From the IMG/VR virus record IMGVR_UViG_3300031233_000002: a stretch of 39,403 bases of DNA; one strand, given 5' to 3'. Each line of letters begins with the position of its first letter. Position 1 is the stretch's first letter. Both the position numbers and the translations under genes were made by a program. This stretch comes from a virus. A model generated the notes under the pieces. That model was not told the DNA's origin. It searched no databases and saw nothing but the letters and a program-made list of their open reading frames with translations. Positions 1 to 8,848 of the stretch are shown one piece after another.

Positions 1-127
1 AAGATACGGAAAATAAAATTTCCACGTTGTTAAATCGTGGCAAAGAGCATGATGTAGAGGCAGCGAGTCAAATTGAAGCTGCACAAGAGGAACGTCATAG
101 TGCCATTACACAAAAATATAAAACGGT
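1..127. repeat. Terminal direct repeat, left copy, identical to 39277..39403; signature of circular assembly or terminal redundancy
   Basis: Compared by eye: the 127 nt starting AAGATACGGAAAATAAAATTTCC and ending AAATATAAAACGGT occur at both window ends. Unit genome length is 39276 bp. Confidence 0.97.
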
Positions 128-1208
128 TGAAAAAAATTTAGTGGGAAAAGAGATTCCTCAAGATCACGCCGAAGCAATAAAAAGCAAATATGCTGAATTA
201 AATGGCATTATCAAATCTGGTGGAATGCAATCAAAGGAAGCGCGCCAAATTGGTGTTGATATTGATAACCTTGAAAAAAACAAGAATATGACCGCCAATG
301 AAGCCGTTGGCAAGCTTCAATCCGTCAAGCAATACGCTAGAGAAGCGCGTCAAAAAGCCTATGAACCCGGTATGAATCGTGAAGAACGAGATGAATGGAA
401 AGCGCGATATAATGAATTAGATGATAAAGTTGATGAGCTTAGTAAAACTCTGGAAGATAATATTCCGGCGGAAGATGCTGTACTATTAAAGGAAGCTAAC
501 AAAGGTTGGCGTAACGAAGTCGTACCACTACAGAAAAATACTATCTATCAACGTATTCGCCATTATGGTCAAATGCCTGACAATATCATGAAGTCACTTC
601 GTGGTAAGAATAAAGGAAATGTCATTCTTCGTAATATTATCCAAGGCGACCCTGAGATTGTTAAAAATGTTTTAGGACAACGTTATCGAACCCCGGCAGG
701 CAAACAAGAAATTCACGAAGCGGCTACCTCAGGTGACGCTAGAACAAATAGTTATATTGATAAACTACCCGAATTAAAACCATTGCTTGATCATCGTGAA
801 GCAGTAAACCAAGCGGTCGATGTCACTAAAAAACATATTGAAGATGCAACTCGCGCTTATGAAAAAGCCCGTGATTTTGAAAAAGAAGCTAAACAAAATG
901 CGACCTCCACATCTAACCAACATGTTCAATATGATAGAGAACGAGATAAATTACAGAGAAAACTTACTGATCATTATGATGAAGTCAAAGCTCTGCAAAA
1001 ACGCGCTCTTGAATTAGAAAAACAAATACCCGGCTTGCAGAAAGCGGCAATGCGCAAAAACCAAACATTAGCCCAGAAAAAAGCGGCTATGCAGGCACTT
1101 AAAGATGCAAAAAATGAGTACAAAGAAGCAAGTTATCGGCTACCATATGTAGGTAATATGATGAAAAAAGCCGTCATTAAAAGTTTAAAAACAATGAAGG
1201 GATTCTGA
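1..1208 (+). CDS. 3' portion of the wrap-around ORF that starts at 38304; large coiled-coil internal virion / ejection-type protein, 726 aa in total
   Basis: Frame 3 is open from the window edge (DTENKISTLLNRGK...) and matches the frame of 38304..39403 after subtracting 39276. The TTG start at 27 in the ORF track is an edge artefact. The protein is Lys/Glu/Gln-rich and helical, and sits between internal-virion-like genes and the fibre genes. Confidence 0.7.
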   Translation, partial: DTENKISTLLNRGKEHDVEAASQIEAAQEERHSAITQKYKTVEKNLVGKEIPQDHAEAIKSKYAELNGIIKSGGMQSKEARQIGVDIDNLEKNKNMTANEAVGKLQSVKQYAREARQKAYEPGMNREERDEWKARYNELDDKVDELSKTLEDNIPAEDAVLLKEANKGWRNEVVPLQKNTIYQRIRHYGQMPDNIMKSLRGKNKGNVILRNIIQGDPEIVKNVLGQRYRTPAGKQEIHEAATSGDARTNSYIDKLPELKPLLDHREAVNQAVDVTKKHIEDATRAYEKARDFEKEAKQNATSTSNQHVQYDRERDKLQRKLTDHYDEVKALQKRALELEKQIPGLQKAAMRKNQTLAQKKAAMQALKDAKNEYKEASYRLPYVGNMMKKAVIKSLKTMKGF

Positions 1209-3295
1209 TGCCAAATTATGTTCGCGGTGCAAGTCCTATCTGGTATTTCCCCAATGTAGTTGGCATGCAGCTTGATGATACGTATTGGGCTTTTTTCCTG
1301 ACGAATGACCTACCTTATTTGCCCCAAGCGGTTTATCAAGATTTCCAAGCCTTGACTGTGTGGGCGAATGCCAAGGTTCAATTTCAGCCGGACGGCACAT
1401 TACCCAATAACATCTTTTTTACTGAAGGGTTACCTTACCGTATTGAAATACGTAAAGGATTCACGCAACAAAGCCCTTTAATACGGCTAATTGAAAACTA
1501 CATTGCGGGTGAAAGCAGTGATGAGCCTGTGGATGATGCAGCTTCTAGTTTAGAAAACCAATTTACCAATTCACAGTTTAGCCAAGTCTATTTTACGACA
1601 CCAAATGTTATTACGGTGGCTGGAACATACAATATCGCGCCCGGTTGGTTTTTAGATTTAGTGGGTACAGGTACACCTACCTGTACGCTATCGCAATTAA
1701 ATTTTTCTGGCATAGATGGTAATGAAATACCGAATTACCCCCCCACAGGTCTTGAGGTTAATGCTACAGGATGGTCTAGTGTTACTTTGCGCCAGCGATT
1801 AAAAAACAATGGTGCGCTATGGACGGGTAAATTCGTAGCTATATCCGTGACAGGACAATCGGGAAATGTTCCGCAAAATATTCAAGTGCTTTATATTCCT
1901 AATTCACCGGGTTTACCTCAAACATTGTTACAAGGTACATTAACACCGGCTAGTTTTACCACCTTAGCCAATCCTACGTTAATTAGTATTCCATCTTCTA
2001 ATACGACGGATGCTAATGCTAATCCTCCTCCTTTTATTGATATAGCTTTTCAACTGCCAGCAACAGGTATTGTTCAGTTAACCAATTTCCAATTAACGGC
2101 TGATGCCAATGGTATTGTTCCTCTCTATCAGCAAGAAACGACAGAGCGCACGATTGATCATGAATTTAATGTTTATCGAAATTCCATTATTATTCAGCCA
2201 AAAAACTCTTTGCTAGCGGGTTGGAATTTTAGGCAAAATCCTTATCAATTTATTAATACATCAGCGACAGTAACATTAACTCCTACTCCTGTTTATGTGG
2301 CTGATCAAACAATTGCATCCTTTAGTGATAGTGGAAATGCAGTATTAAATATTACTCCTGGAAGTAGTACCATTCCTTTTGGTTGGTTGCAAATTACCGC
2401 ATTGAATAATACTGTCGGGCAATTAATGATATTACAATATATTGATGGCGCAACTATCCGCGGATGGTGGGATTTTTTTGTATCTGTATTAGTGCGAGCG
2501 CGACTTATCAATACCTCTGGCACTTCCAATATTAAATTAAAATGTGTTTTATTTACTTGTAATGCTATTCCCGCTATTCTTAGTGCAGGCGATCCTATTA
2601 CTGGATTTAATGCCGTGGGTGATCCTGTTTTTGCTCCGGCTTATACTGCCAGAACCCCTATGAGCAATACAGCTTTTCAAAATTCTCCTGCGTACCCATT
2701 ACAAAATAATTTTGACCCCTTTGAGGCGGGAAATGTTTGTCCTGCTATGGCATTCAATAAAATTAATTTAGGTATTATTCCTAGTAGTGTGTCTTTTGCT
2801 ACCTTGGGAGTCATGCTTTATACGGTGGGCAATTTAACATTGGGGGATTCTATTTTGTTGCAATCAGCAGCACTCGTACCCAATGAATTTGCTATTGATG
2901 ATTCACCAAAAACATTTGATGAAGTCTTGCGTCAATGCCAATACTACTATGAAAAATCTTATGATGTCCTTTCTCTGCCGGGAACAGTCACGCTTCTTAA
3001 TGCACCTACTTGTCAATTATCCTCGACGGTGGCAGAAGGATATGGATTGGATAGACCATTTAAAGTAACAAAAAGATCAGCCAGTGGAAGCGTTCCTACT
3101 GTGACATGGTATTCCACCTTAGATGGTTCCATTAATAATATTTCATTTGGCAACCCACCTGCTTCTAATGATGTTGTTTTATCTACTTCATATAACGGAA
3201 CGAATTCTACGGGTATTCCAACTTTTACGACTCCTTTGGGAATTGGTATTGTGTTATCAGCACAATGGACAGCAGACGCACGTTTAGGTGTGTAA
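1208..3295 (+). CDS. Tail fibre / tail spike candidate, 695 aa
   Basis: Long ORF whose ATG overlaps the upstream stop (TGATG). It is Thr/Asn/Pro/Gly-rich and beta-type in composition. It lies just after the internal virion proteins and before the small fibre paralogs. No catalytic motif recognised. Confidence 0.5.
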   Translation: MPNYVRGASPIWYFPNVVGMQLDDTYWAFFLTNDLPYLPQAVYQDFQALTVWANAKVQFQPDGTLPNNIFFTEGLPYRIEIRKGFTQQSPLIRLIENYIAGESSDEPVDDAASSLENQFTNSQFSQVYFTTPNVITVAGTYNIAPGWFLDLVGTGTPTCTLSQLNFSGIDGNEIPNYPPTGLEVNATGWSSVTLRQRLKNNGALWTGKFVAISVTGQSGNVPQNIQVLYIPNSPGLPQTLLQGTLTPASFTTLANPTLISIPSSNTTDANANPPPFIDIAFQLPATGIVQLTNFQLTADANGIVPLYQQETTERTIDHEFNVYRNSIIIQPKNSLLAGWNFRQNPYQFINTSATVTLTPTPVYVADQTIASFSDSGNAVLNITPGSSTIPFGWLQITALNNTVGQLMILQYIDGATIRGWWDFFVSVLVRARLINTSGTSNIKLKCVLFTCNAIPAILSAGDPITGFNAVGDPVFAPAYTARTPMSNTAFQNSPAYPLQNNFDPFEAGNVCPAMAFNKINLGIIPSSVSFATLGVMLYTVGNLTLGDSILLQSAALVPNEFAIDDSPKTFDEVLRQCQYYYEKSYDVLSLPGTVTLLNAPTCQLSSTVAEGYGLDRPFKVTKRSASGSVPTVTWYSTLDGSINNISFGNPPASNDVVLSTSYNGTNSTGIPTFTTPLGIGIVLSAQWTADARLGV

Positions 3296-3344
3296 AGTGA
3301 TCGTATGGATTTTTATAATTGCACTTTGAGAGGATAATGAAATT

Positions 3345-3677
3345 ATGACTGAAATAACCGACTTATCTAGAAACACAAAGATAGCGTCTGATTTAACGCC
3401 GCAGTTTGCATTAGCCGCAACGACTCCTTTGAGTTATACGGTTCCGGGCGATTCCTCCAAACAATATGAAGCAGAATTTTCATTTCCTTCAACTGCTAGT
3501 GTATGGGTTGGATATAATACAACTCCTACGATTCCAACGGCTGGAACTATGACAGTGAATGCAAGAAGCACCCGAAATCCCACGTGCTGGTGGGTACGCG
3601 GAGGAGACGTATTAACTTTCATTAGCACAGCCATTGTAACGGATTGTGGAATAGCTCTTTATTATGTTAAGGCTTAA
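3345..3677 (+). CDS. Hypothetical structural protein, 110 aa
   Basis: ORF with RBS GAGAGGA upstream, beta-rich composition, located in the fibre block. Confidence 0.5.
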   Translation: MTEITDLSRNTKIASDLTPQFALAATTPLSYTVPGDSSKQYEAEFSFPSTASVWVGYNTTPTIPTAGTMTVNARSTRNPTCWWVRGGDVLTFISTAIVTDCGIALYYVKA

Positions 3678-3697
3678 GTTTCATTGGGAAATTAAGT

Positions 3698-4153
3698 ATG
3701 ACAACTAATACACTCAAAATTAGTGAGATGCAACAATCCGCCCTAGCTAATGGTGATAATCTAGCTGGGATTCGCGCGGGTGAAAACTACCAATTAACAG
3801 AAAATAATGAAAGTGGCTATACTCCTATGCCACTGCAAGTGGTGACAGCATTAACTTTCCAGATGGCATCCAATAATGGTTATGTAGCTAATAATGTTAG
3901 TCCTATACAATTTACTCTTCCCCTCACATTCGCTGTGGGAGATGAGATAGCGGTTTCGAATGTAAATGGTGGATTTACCATTCTACAAAATGCAGGACAA
4001 AATATTATATTTGGAAATAAGCTTACTGGTGTAGGAGTAGTAGGCCATATTTCCTCAACAGCCGTAGGTGACCAGATATTATTAAAAGGCATTGTTGCTA
4101 ATACGACTTTGCAAGTGTGGGGTGCGCCACAAGGTAATTTAACTTACGTTTAA
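3698..4153 (+). CDS. Small fibre / receptor-binding paralog 1, 151 aa, ending ...GNLTYV
   Basis: Its C-terminal ~95 aa align by eye with 4169..4708: NGY(V/I)(A/S)NN..FTLP.T.A(V/I)G..(I/V)AV...GG(F/W)TI....Q.I.FG.....IVANTT..V..AP.GNLTYV. Confidence 0.55.
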   Translation: MTTNTLKISEMQQSALANGDNLAGIRAGENYQLTENNESGYTPMPLQVVTALTFQMASNNGYVANNVSPIQFTLPLTFAVGDEIAVSNVNGGFTILQNAGQNIIFGNKLTGVGVVGHISSTAVGDQILLKGIVANTTLQVWGAPQGNLTYV

Positions 4154-4168
4154 GGGAGAATAAATTTC

Positions 4169-4708
4169 ATGGCAACTAACAATAGTTTTAATCGAATAGC
4201 TGTCAGTGACGGACTCTATAGTCCTGCATCAACAGTAGGAACAGGAAATCCAAATGGAGCGGTAGCAGGGACAAAAGGCGATTTCTTTTTTGATACGTCA
4301 GGAGCCATCGGATATACATGTACTACTACAGGTAATACCACGGGTGCCGTATGGACTGCTGATGCGTCTGCGACTTCTTCTTTTACTTGGCAAAATACAA
4401 CTACTACTACTCAAGCAATGGCCGTCCAGAATGGATATATTTCAAATAATGCAGCCCTGACTACTTTTACTTTACCTACAACTGGTGCAATAGGACAGCG
4501 AGTAGCAGTTGAAGGGGCTGGAGCCGGTGGCTGGACAATTGTTTATGGCACCGGACAATTAATTCATTTTGGTACTATAACCACTACTACGACTACCGGC
4601 AGTCTGTCTTCAACTAATCAATATGATGGTTGTGAATTAATATGTATTGTTGCGAACACTACCTGGAAAGTGAAAGCTGCTCCAAATGGAAATCTCACTT
4701 ACGTATAA
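4169..4708 (+). CDS. Small fibre / receptor-binding paralog 2, 179 aa, ending ...GNLTYV
   Basis: Same C-terminal module as 3698..4153. The N-terminus MATNN is shared with 4719..6239. It carries a GDFFFDTSG..YTCTTTG...AVW motif typical of fibre proteins. Confidence 0.55.
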   Translation: MATNNSFNRIAVSDGLYSPASTVGTGNPNGAVAGTKGDFFFDTSGAIGYTCTTTGNTTGAVWTADASATSSFTWQNTTTTTQAMAVQNGYISNNAALTTFTLPTTGAIGQRVAVEGAGAGGWTIVYGTGQLIHFGTITTTTTTGSLSSTNQYDGCELICIVANTTWKVKAAPNGNLTYV

Positions 4709-4718
4709 GGGATAAGTA

Positions 4719-6239
4719 ATGGCAACCAACAATAATATTAATAATAATACTGACCTCCGTTTGAATACAATGGTGGGGATTAATGCTGGTAATACATCTA
4801 TCACCGGAGCCGCCAACGTTGCAGTTGGTTCCAATGCTTTAAATGGACTAACTACTGGCACTAATAATGTGGCCATTGGTTATAATGGGTTAACTTCATT
4901 ACTGACAGGAAGCCAAAATAGTGGAGTAGGATATAACTTTGCGCCCGCACTACTCTCTGGCAGTTCCAATATTTTCTTTGGATGGGGAGCGGGAAGTTCC
5001 TATACGAATGCCGAAAGTAGCAATATATTAGTGAATAATGCTGGGGTTGTAGGTGAAAATAATACCCTTCGTATCAGTGTTACTGGAACAGGTTCCCAAC
5101 AGATTAGCAGGGCATTTATAGGTGGTATTTATAATGTCGCCCCAAGTGGTACTTATCAGTTTTCTTTGATAGGTAGTAACGATCAGGTTTTTGGAAGTAT
5201 GACAGCCCCATCAGGAGGCACTTATCCATCAGCTACTTTCAGTGGTACTCAGTCGGAAACTGGTTGGACAGTACAAACCCCCACTACTGGATTTTCAATT
5301 ACCTTAAGCGGCTCTGTCCATTGGACACCGTTAAATCCAGCAGGAACACTTGCTAGTGGCACAATTACGATGCCAACTGGGGTTGCTAATTTACGTTGTC
5401 TAGTTTCAACTACTCAAGCTATTACATCACTTACTGTAAATCCAGACGCAGGACATAGTATTTTAGGTGCGCCAAATTACCTCGCGGCTGGTTCATCATT
5501 TGAAATGATTTATGATGCTGCGATAACAACATGGTTGCCCTATGCTAGCGCTGGCAATAGCCCGGGTCGTTTATTGAATATTCAGGCTTTTGAAACCGCA
5601 GGTACTTTCACCTATACGCCGACTCATGGTATGGGTTCCATTGTTTATGATATGAGTGGTGCTGGCGGTGGCTCAGGTGGCGCTGCGGCCACCACAGGCT
5701 CTTGGAATGCTACAGCAGGTGGTGGGGGTGGTAATCGCATTACAGGTAAATTAACCGCCGCACAAGTAGGTACAACCGCTTCATTGATTATAGGAACTGG
5801 TGGAACAGCAGGTGCTGCCGGTAATAATAACGGTGGGAATGGGGGGGCAACTATATTTTCACCTGCCTCGGGTAGTATTGTTGCGAATGGAGGAATGGGT
5901 AGTTTGGGTTCTGCTGTTTATGCAGGTCCCGGGTTTAACTTTCTTCCTCCCGCAGCCGGTGGTGCAGTATCTGGTACTACGTCGGGAACTATTTATTCCA
6001 ATCAAGGTGGTCAATCAGGCGGAATTGCATTGCAAGGTGGTTCGACTGCGGCAGGATATAGTGGATTTGGTGGTAATTCCAATTATGGCGCGGGTGGAGC
6101 GCCACTAGCCGGAGGGGCGGGAGCAGGAAATGCAGCAACAGGTAACGGTTCAGGAGGGGGTGGCTGTGTGGCAATCTCATCTAATGAAGCAGGAGCGCCG
6201 GGTGCTTCCGGTTGGATGTTTATTTATGAATATGAATAA
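4719..6239 (+). CDS. Tail fibre protein with N-terminal NxAxG-type repeats and a Gly-rich C-terminal domain, 506 aa
   Basis: Repeats such as NVAVGSNAL, NVAIGYNGL and NSGVGYNF near the N-terminus. The C-terminal ~190 aa are dominated by GGG / GxGG runs, as in glycine-rich phage fibre domains. This is the last gene of the structural operon. Confidence 0.65.
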   Translation: MATNNNINNNTDLRLNTMVGINAGNTSITGAANVAVGSNALNGLTTGTNNVAIGYNGLTSLLTGSQNSGVGYNFAPALLSGSSNIFFGWGAGSSYTNAESSNILVNNAGVVGENNTLRISVTGTGSQQISRAFIGGIYNVAPSGTYQFSLIGSNDQVFGSMTAPSGGTYPSATFSGTQSETGWTVQTPTTGFSITLSGSVHWTPLNPAGTLASGTITMPTGVANLRCLVSTTQAITSLTVNPDAGHSILGAPNYLAAGSSFEMIYDAAITTWLPYASAGNSPGRLLNIQAFETAGTFTYTPTHGMGSIVYDMSGAGGGSGGAAATTGSWNATAGGGGGNRITGKLTAAQVGTTASLIIGTGGTAGAAGNNNGGNGGATIFSPASGSIVANGGMGSLGSAVYAGPGFNFLPPAAGGAVSGTTSGTIYSNQGGQSGGIALQGGSTAAGYSGFGGNSNYGAGGAPLAGGAGAGNAATGNGSGGGGCVAISSNEAGAPGASGWMFIYEYE

Positions 6240-6266
6240 TCTTAGAATTAAGATTTGAATTTTTTA
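6238..6266. terminator. AT-rich hairpin plus T-run between convergent operons; candidate bidirectional terminator
   Basis: AATCTTA-GAAT-TAAGATT forms a 7-bp perfect stem, followed by TGAATTTTTT. It lies between the fibre stop (6239) and the end of the leftward genes. Confidence 0.35.
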
Positions 6267-6351
6267 CCGTAAAAATAAATATGATAAATCATTTTTCCTA
6301 ATTCAAATAAAAATATAATCAATCCAGAAAAAAGAAAAGCTAAAAAATATT

Positions 6352-6570
6352 TCATTTATGATGCACAGAAATATTTACACCATTAATAGAATTAATATCA
6401 TCTTGATGTTCGGACTCATTGATAATATTGAAAGTGACGTGAAGTTTTTTATCTTTGATACAGACGGTGATAGTACCGTCTGAATTCTTGGGAGCTTTCC
6501 AAATGACAGTGGATTCTCTTAGAATATCCAGCGCAATAATTTCAGTTCTTGGTTGATTAACCCCTGCCAC
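6352..6570 (-). CDS. Hypothetical protein, 72 aa
   Basis: ORF with a GTG start that overlaps the upstream gene by 14 nt. Confidence 0.4.
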   Translation of the reverse strand: MAGVNQPRTEIIALDILRESTVIWKAPKNSDGTITVCIKDKKLHVTFNIINESEHQDDINSINGVNISVHHK

Positions 6571-6778
6571 TTCTACCTCGGTCTAAAACTCTATCGGCTT
6601 TACTATCAATTTTAGCTTTAGTGGAGCTGGAGATTTTACCTTTGTGTTCCATTTCGCTGGCGCGGGCTTTTGCATTAGCAGCATGAGATTTTGAATTAAG
6701 CGGGTACTTTCTCTCCTTCGGCATTCCAAATTCTTTCTTAGGAATTTTATTACGTTCTTTAGAAGTTAATTTACCCAT
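6557..6778 (-). CDS. Small basic protein, 73 aa, with a KYPLNSKSHAANAKARAS motif
   Basis: ORF. The motif (R/K)KYP(I/L)...H..NA.AR recalls a widespread small phage protein family, possibly DUF6582-like. Not verified. Confidence 0.45.
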   Translation of the reverse strand: MGKLTSKERNKIPKKEFGMPKERKYPLNSKSHAANAKARASEMEHKGKISSSTKAKIDSKADRVLDRGRSGRG

Positions 6779-6954
6779 TAGTCATCACTATCCGAATAGC
6801 GTTCCGTTTCAGTTCTTCCATATTTACCAGTCATACAAGCTTTACTTTTTTCAGCACTGATATTACGGTTCTCACGTCCCGGCACGGCTTCATTCGTGCG
6901 CTTGTCGTCAGGAAACCATTTATAACCGTCCATATTAGAACGTTTATCATACAT
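6778..6954 (-). CDS. Hypothetical small protein, 58 aa, below the ORF-track cutoff
   Basis: Hand translation gives MYDKRSNMDGYKWFPDDKRTNEAVPGRENR...SDSDD. GAGGA RBS upstream. Its stop overlaps the next start (TAATG). Confidence 0.35.
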   Translation of the reverse strand: MYDKRSNMDGYKWFPDDKRTNEAVPGRENRNISAEKSKACMTGKYGRTETERYSDSDD

Positions 6955-7014
6955 AAAATAGTCCTCATAAAAATCCCCGCGCCGCCTTAATGATACAGCG
7001 CAGGGAAAACTTTT

Positions 7015-7218
7015 TTAATAGCGGTTATTTTTAGGCATATCCGCGCCGGGCTGAGTAGCGCGTTTTGCACCCTTCATTTCAACAGGGAATTTCTTGGTAT
7101 TGGCAAGATCAGACATATCGTTATAACCCATATCTCTGTTCATCGAGTCAACATTTTCTGCTTGGATATTATCCTTCAAACTGTAATTTTCGCCTCTTAC
7201 TTGTTTGACTTCTGACAT
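7015..7218 (-). CDS. Hypothetical protein, 67 aa
   Basis: ORF with AAGGAGA RBS (plus-strand TCTCCTT at 7224-7230). Confidence 0.45.
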   Translation of the reverse strand: MSEVKQVRGENYSLKDNIQAENVDSMNRDMGYNDMSDLANTKKFPVEMKGAKRATQPGADMPKNNRY

Positions 7219-7234
7219 AATATTTCTCCTTAAA

Positions 7235-7816
7235 TTATTTAGTGCGCCAATTGGTAGGGGAAACGCCTAGAAAAATGGTAGTCGCCGCCGCCGCAACCGC
7301 TATAGACGCGTTCACGCCAAGAGCATTGATAGTATCGCCCACTGCTGGGAAAACATTAAGGCTATTAGCAGAAGTATTAGTAACAGTAACTGATTGACCG
7401 GCGACATTGGCGGGAAGAATAACTGAATCTCCCGTAGTTACTACAGTGGATACTGTATTAAAGCCGGGGGTTAATGGAGTTGCCCCGGTTTGGCCGCCGC
7501 CAGCTAAAGCAGTTAAGCCGTCATTGATTGATTGCCCCATCGGCTCAAGTGAAGTGAAATCTTGGGATATCTGAAACCAATAATTAACACCACCTAGCGT
7601 ATTACCATCCGCATCTTGTGTACCACCCACATTAATCAACACATTATCGGTTTGTAACCACTGGAACGCGCCATTATTAGCGGCTTCAATATTGGTTTCT
7701 TGTGCAGTGATATATCCGGGTGCAGAGACTTCGCCAATGGTGTCGGGAGAAGTTGCAGTGATTGAAACTATACCGGGGTTTTCGCTCCATGCGCGATTAA
7801 TCGAGATTATTGGCAC
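7235..7816 (-). CDS. Fibre-like / virion-associated protein, 193 aa, encoded apart from the structural operon
   Basis: The C-terminal segment GDSVILPANVAGQSVTVTNTSANSLNVFPAVGDTINALG...W resembles the LP....G..V.V......(F/T)(I/V).P..G..I module in 3698, 4169 and 4719. RBS AAGGAG. Confidence 0.45.
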   Translation of the reverse strand: MPIISINRAWSENPGIVSITATSPDTIGEVSAPGYITAQETNIEAANNGAFQWLQTDNVLINVGGTQDADGNTLGGVNYWFQISQDFTSLEPMGQSINDGLTALAGGGQTGATPLTPGFNTVSTVVTTGDSVILPANVAGQSVTVTNTSANSLNVFPAVGDTINALGVNASIAVAAAATTIFLGVSPTNWRTK

Positions 7817-7976
7817 TTTTTAATACTCCTTAATAAATGCAACAGACAAAAGTTTACCTATTGTATAACACATTTAATACAAGGGGATAGGGGAGAATTT
7901 CGATTTTAAAGGAAGTGGAACTAGGGTAAATTAGCAATCGCCAGACCATTAATCTACCCTATAAGGACGTTTCTCA

Positions 7977-8369
7977 GTGAAGAGAATACCAAAAAACCGC
8001 CGCAACTCGCAACAAAAAGAAGGTGCTTTCCTTTTACTCCCTCATAAAATAATAAATCATCCAGAGTTCTTAATCATGAATTGGGCTTCTCAAGCTTTAT
8101 TAATTCATATAGGTAGCTTTCATAATGGAAGCAATAATGGTGATATTTCAATACCACATTCAATAATGAAATTAAGGGGATGGTCAAAAGGTTCATTAGC
8201 TGATGCTAAAAATGAATTACTAGAATACGACTGGATAAGATTAACCAGACAAGGTGGCAAAACTAAAATACCTTCACTTTATGCTTTAAGTTGGAAACCT
8301 ATAGATGCTGATGTTAAACCATGCAAATTAGATATTAATGTTTCTAGCTATCGCCTTCGCAAGTTATGA
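7977..8369 (+). CDS. Winged-helix DNA-binding protein, 130 aa; candidate iteron-binding protein
   Basis: GTG start with AAGGA RBS. The pattern LLLPHKIINHPEF...NGSNNGDISIPHSIMKLRGWSKGSLADAKNELLEYDWIRLTRQGG resembles wHTH proteins of islands, plasmids and phages. Four iterons lie immediately downstream. Confidence 0.5.
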   Translation: MKRIPKNRRNSQQKEGAFLLLPHKIINHPEFLIMNWASQALLIHIGSFHNGSNNGDISIPHSIMKLRGWSKGSLADAKNELLEYDWIRLTRQGGKTKIPSLYALSWKPIDADVKPCKLDINVSSYRLRKL

Positions 8370-8408
8370 ATTTTTTACATAACCTTTGGTATATATCTAT
8401 AAAGGGGT

Positions 8409-8538
8409 CTAAATAGCGACCTCAGAAATAATTAAAAAGTCCATAATAGACCTAAATAGCGACCTATTATTACAAAAAAATGATTATTAAAATTACAATA
8501 GCCCTATATAGCGACCTGTCTGTCCTAAATAGCGACCT
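8409..8538. repeat. Four direct 14-bp iterons CTA(A/T)ATAGCGACCT
   Basis: Copies at 8409-8422, 8452-8465, 8504-8517 (CTATATAGCGACCT) and 8525-8538. Start-to-start spacings are 43, 52 and 21 bp, roughly 4, 5 and 2 helical turns. Confidence 0.85.
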
Positions 8539-8565
8539 GAAAATTTAATTTAAAAGGAAACTTTA

Positions 8566-8766
8566 ATGATCGAAATTGAAGAAAAATATGAATACAAACT
8601 TGACTACATTATTTTTAATGATGATGAATTACTTATAGAAAAATGTCCCATAGAACATTTTGAATATACGATTAAATGGTTAAAAACTAGAGCTAAAGAA
8701 TTACAAGAATTGCTAATAATAAAAAAATATTTAGATAAAAACTATGAGAAAGAAGAAGATGATTAA
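8566..8766 (+). CDS. Hypothetical acidic protein, 66 aa
   Basis: ORF with AAAGGAAA RBS, directly downstream of the iteron cluster. Confidence 0.5.
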   Translation: MIEIEEKYEYKLDYIIFNDDELLIEKCPIEHFEYTIKWLKTRAKELQELLIIKKYLDKNYEKEEDD

Positions 8767-8848
8767 ATGGAACACCCGCATTACTAACCTAGAGGGAAAA
8801 TAACACGGGCAACCATTCTGTCAACATAAGGATATATTCACGGCAAAA

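Noticed and set aside
3698-6239. Diversity-generating retroelement targeting the fibre C-termini
   Set aside because: There is no reverse transcriptase ORF. I saw no template/variable repeat pair with adenine-specific differences. The similarity between 3698 and 4169 looks like ordinary diverged paralogy.
6240-7976. Invertible host-range segment (Mu G / P1 C-like), because a fibre-like gene sits on the opposite strand next to the fibre operon
   Set aside because: No invertase gene is present, and I found no inverted repeats flanking the segment. The only local symmetric elements are a small terminator-like hairpin at 6238-6255 and an imperfect 12-bp inverted repeat at 7922-7961, both internal to single intergenic regions.
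8409-8538. Possible CRISPR array, based on the repeated CTAAATAGCGACCT units
   Set aside because: The repeats are only 14 bp. The spacings are irregular (43, 52 and 21 bp start to start) and far too short for repeat-spacer units. No cas genes are present. The cluster fits iterons or operators better.
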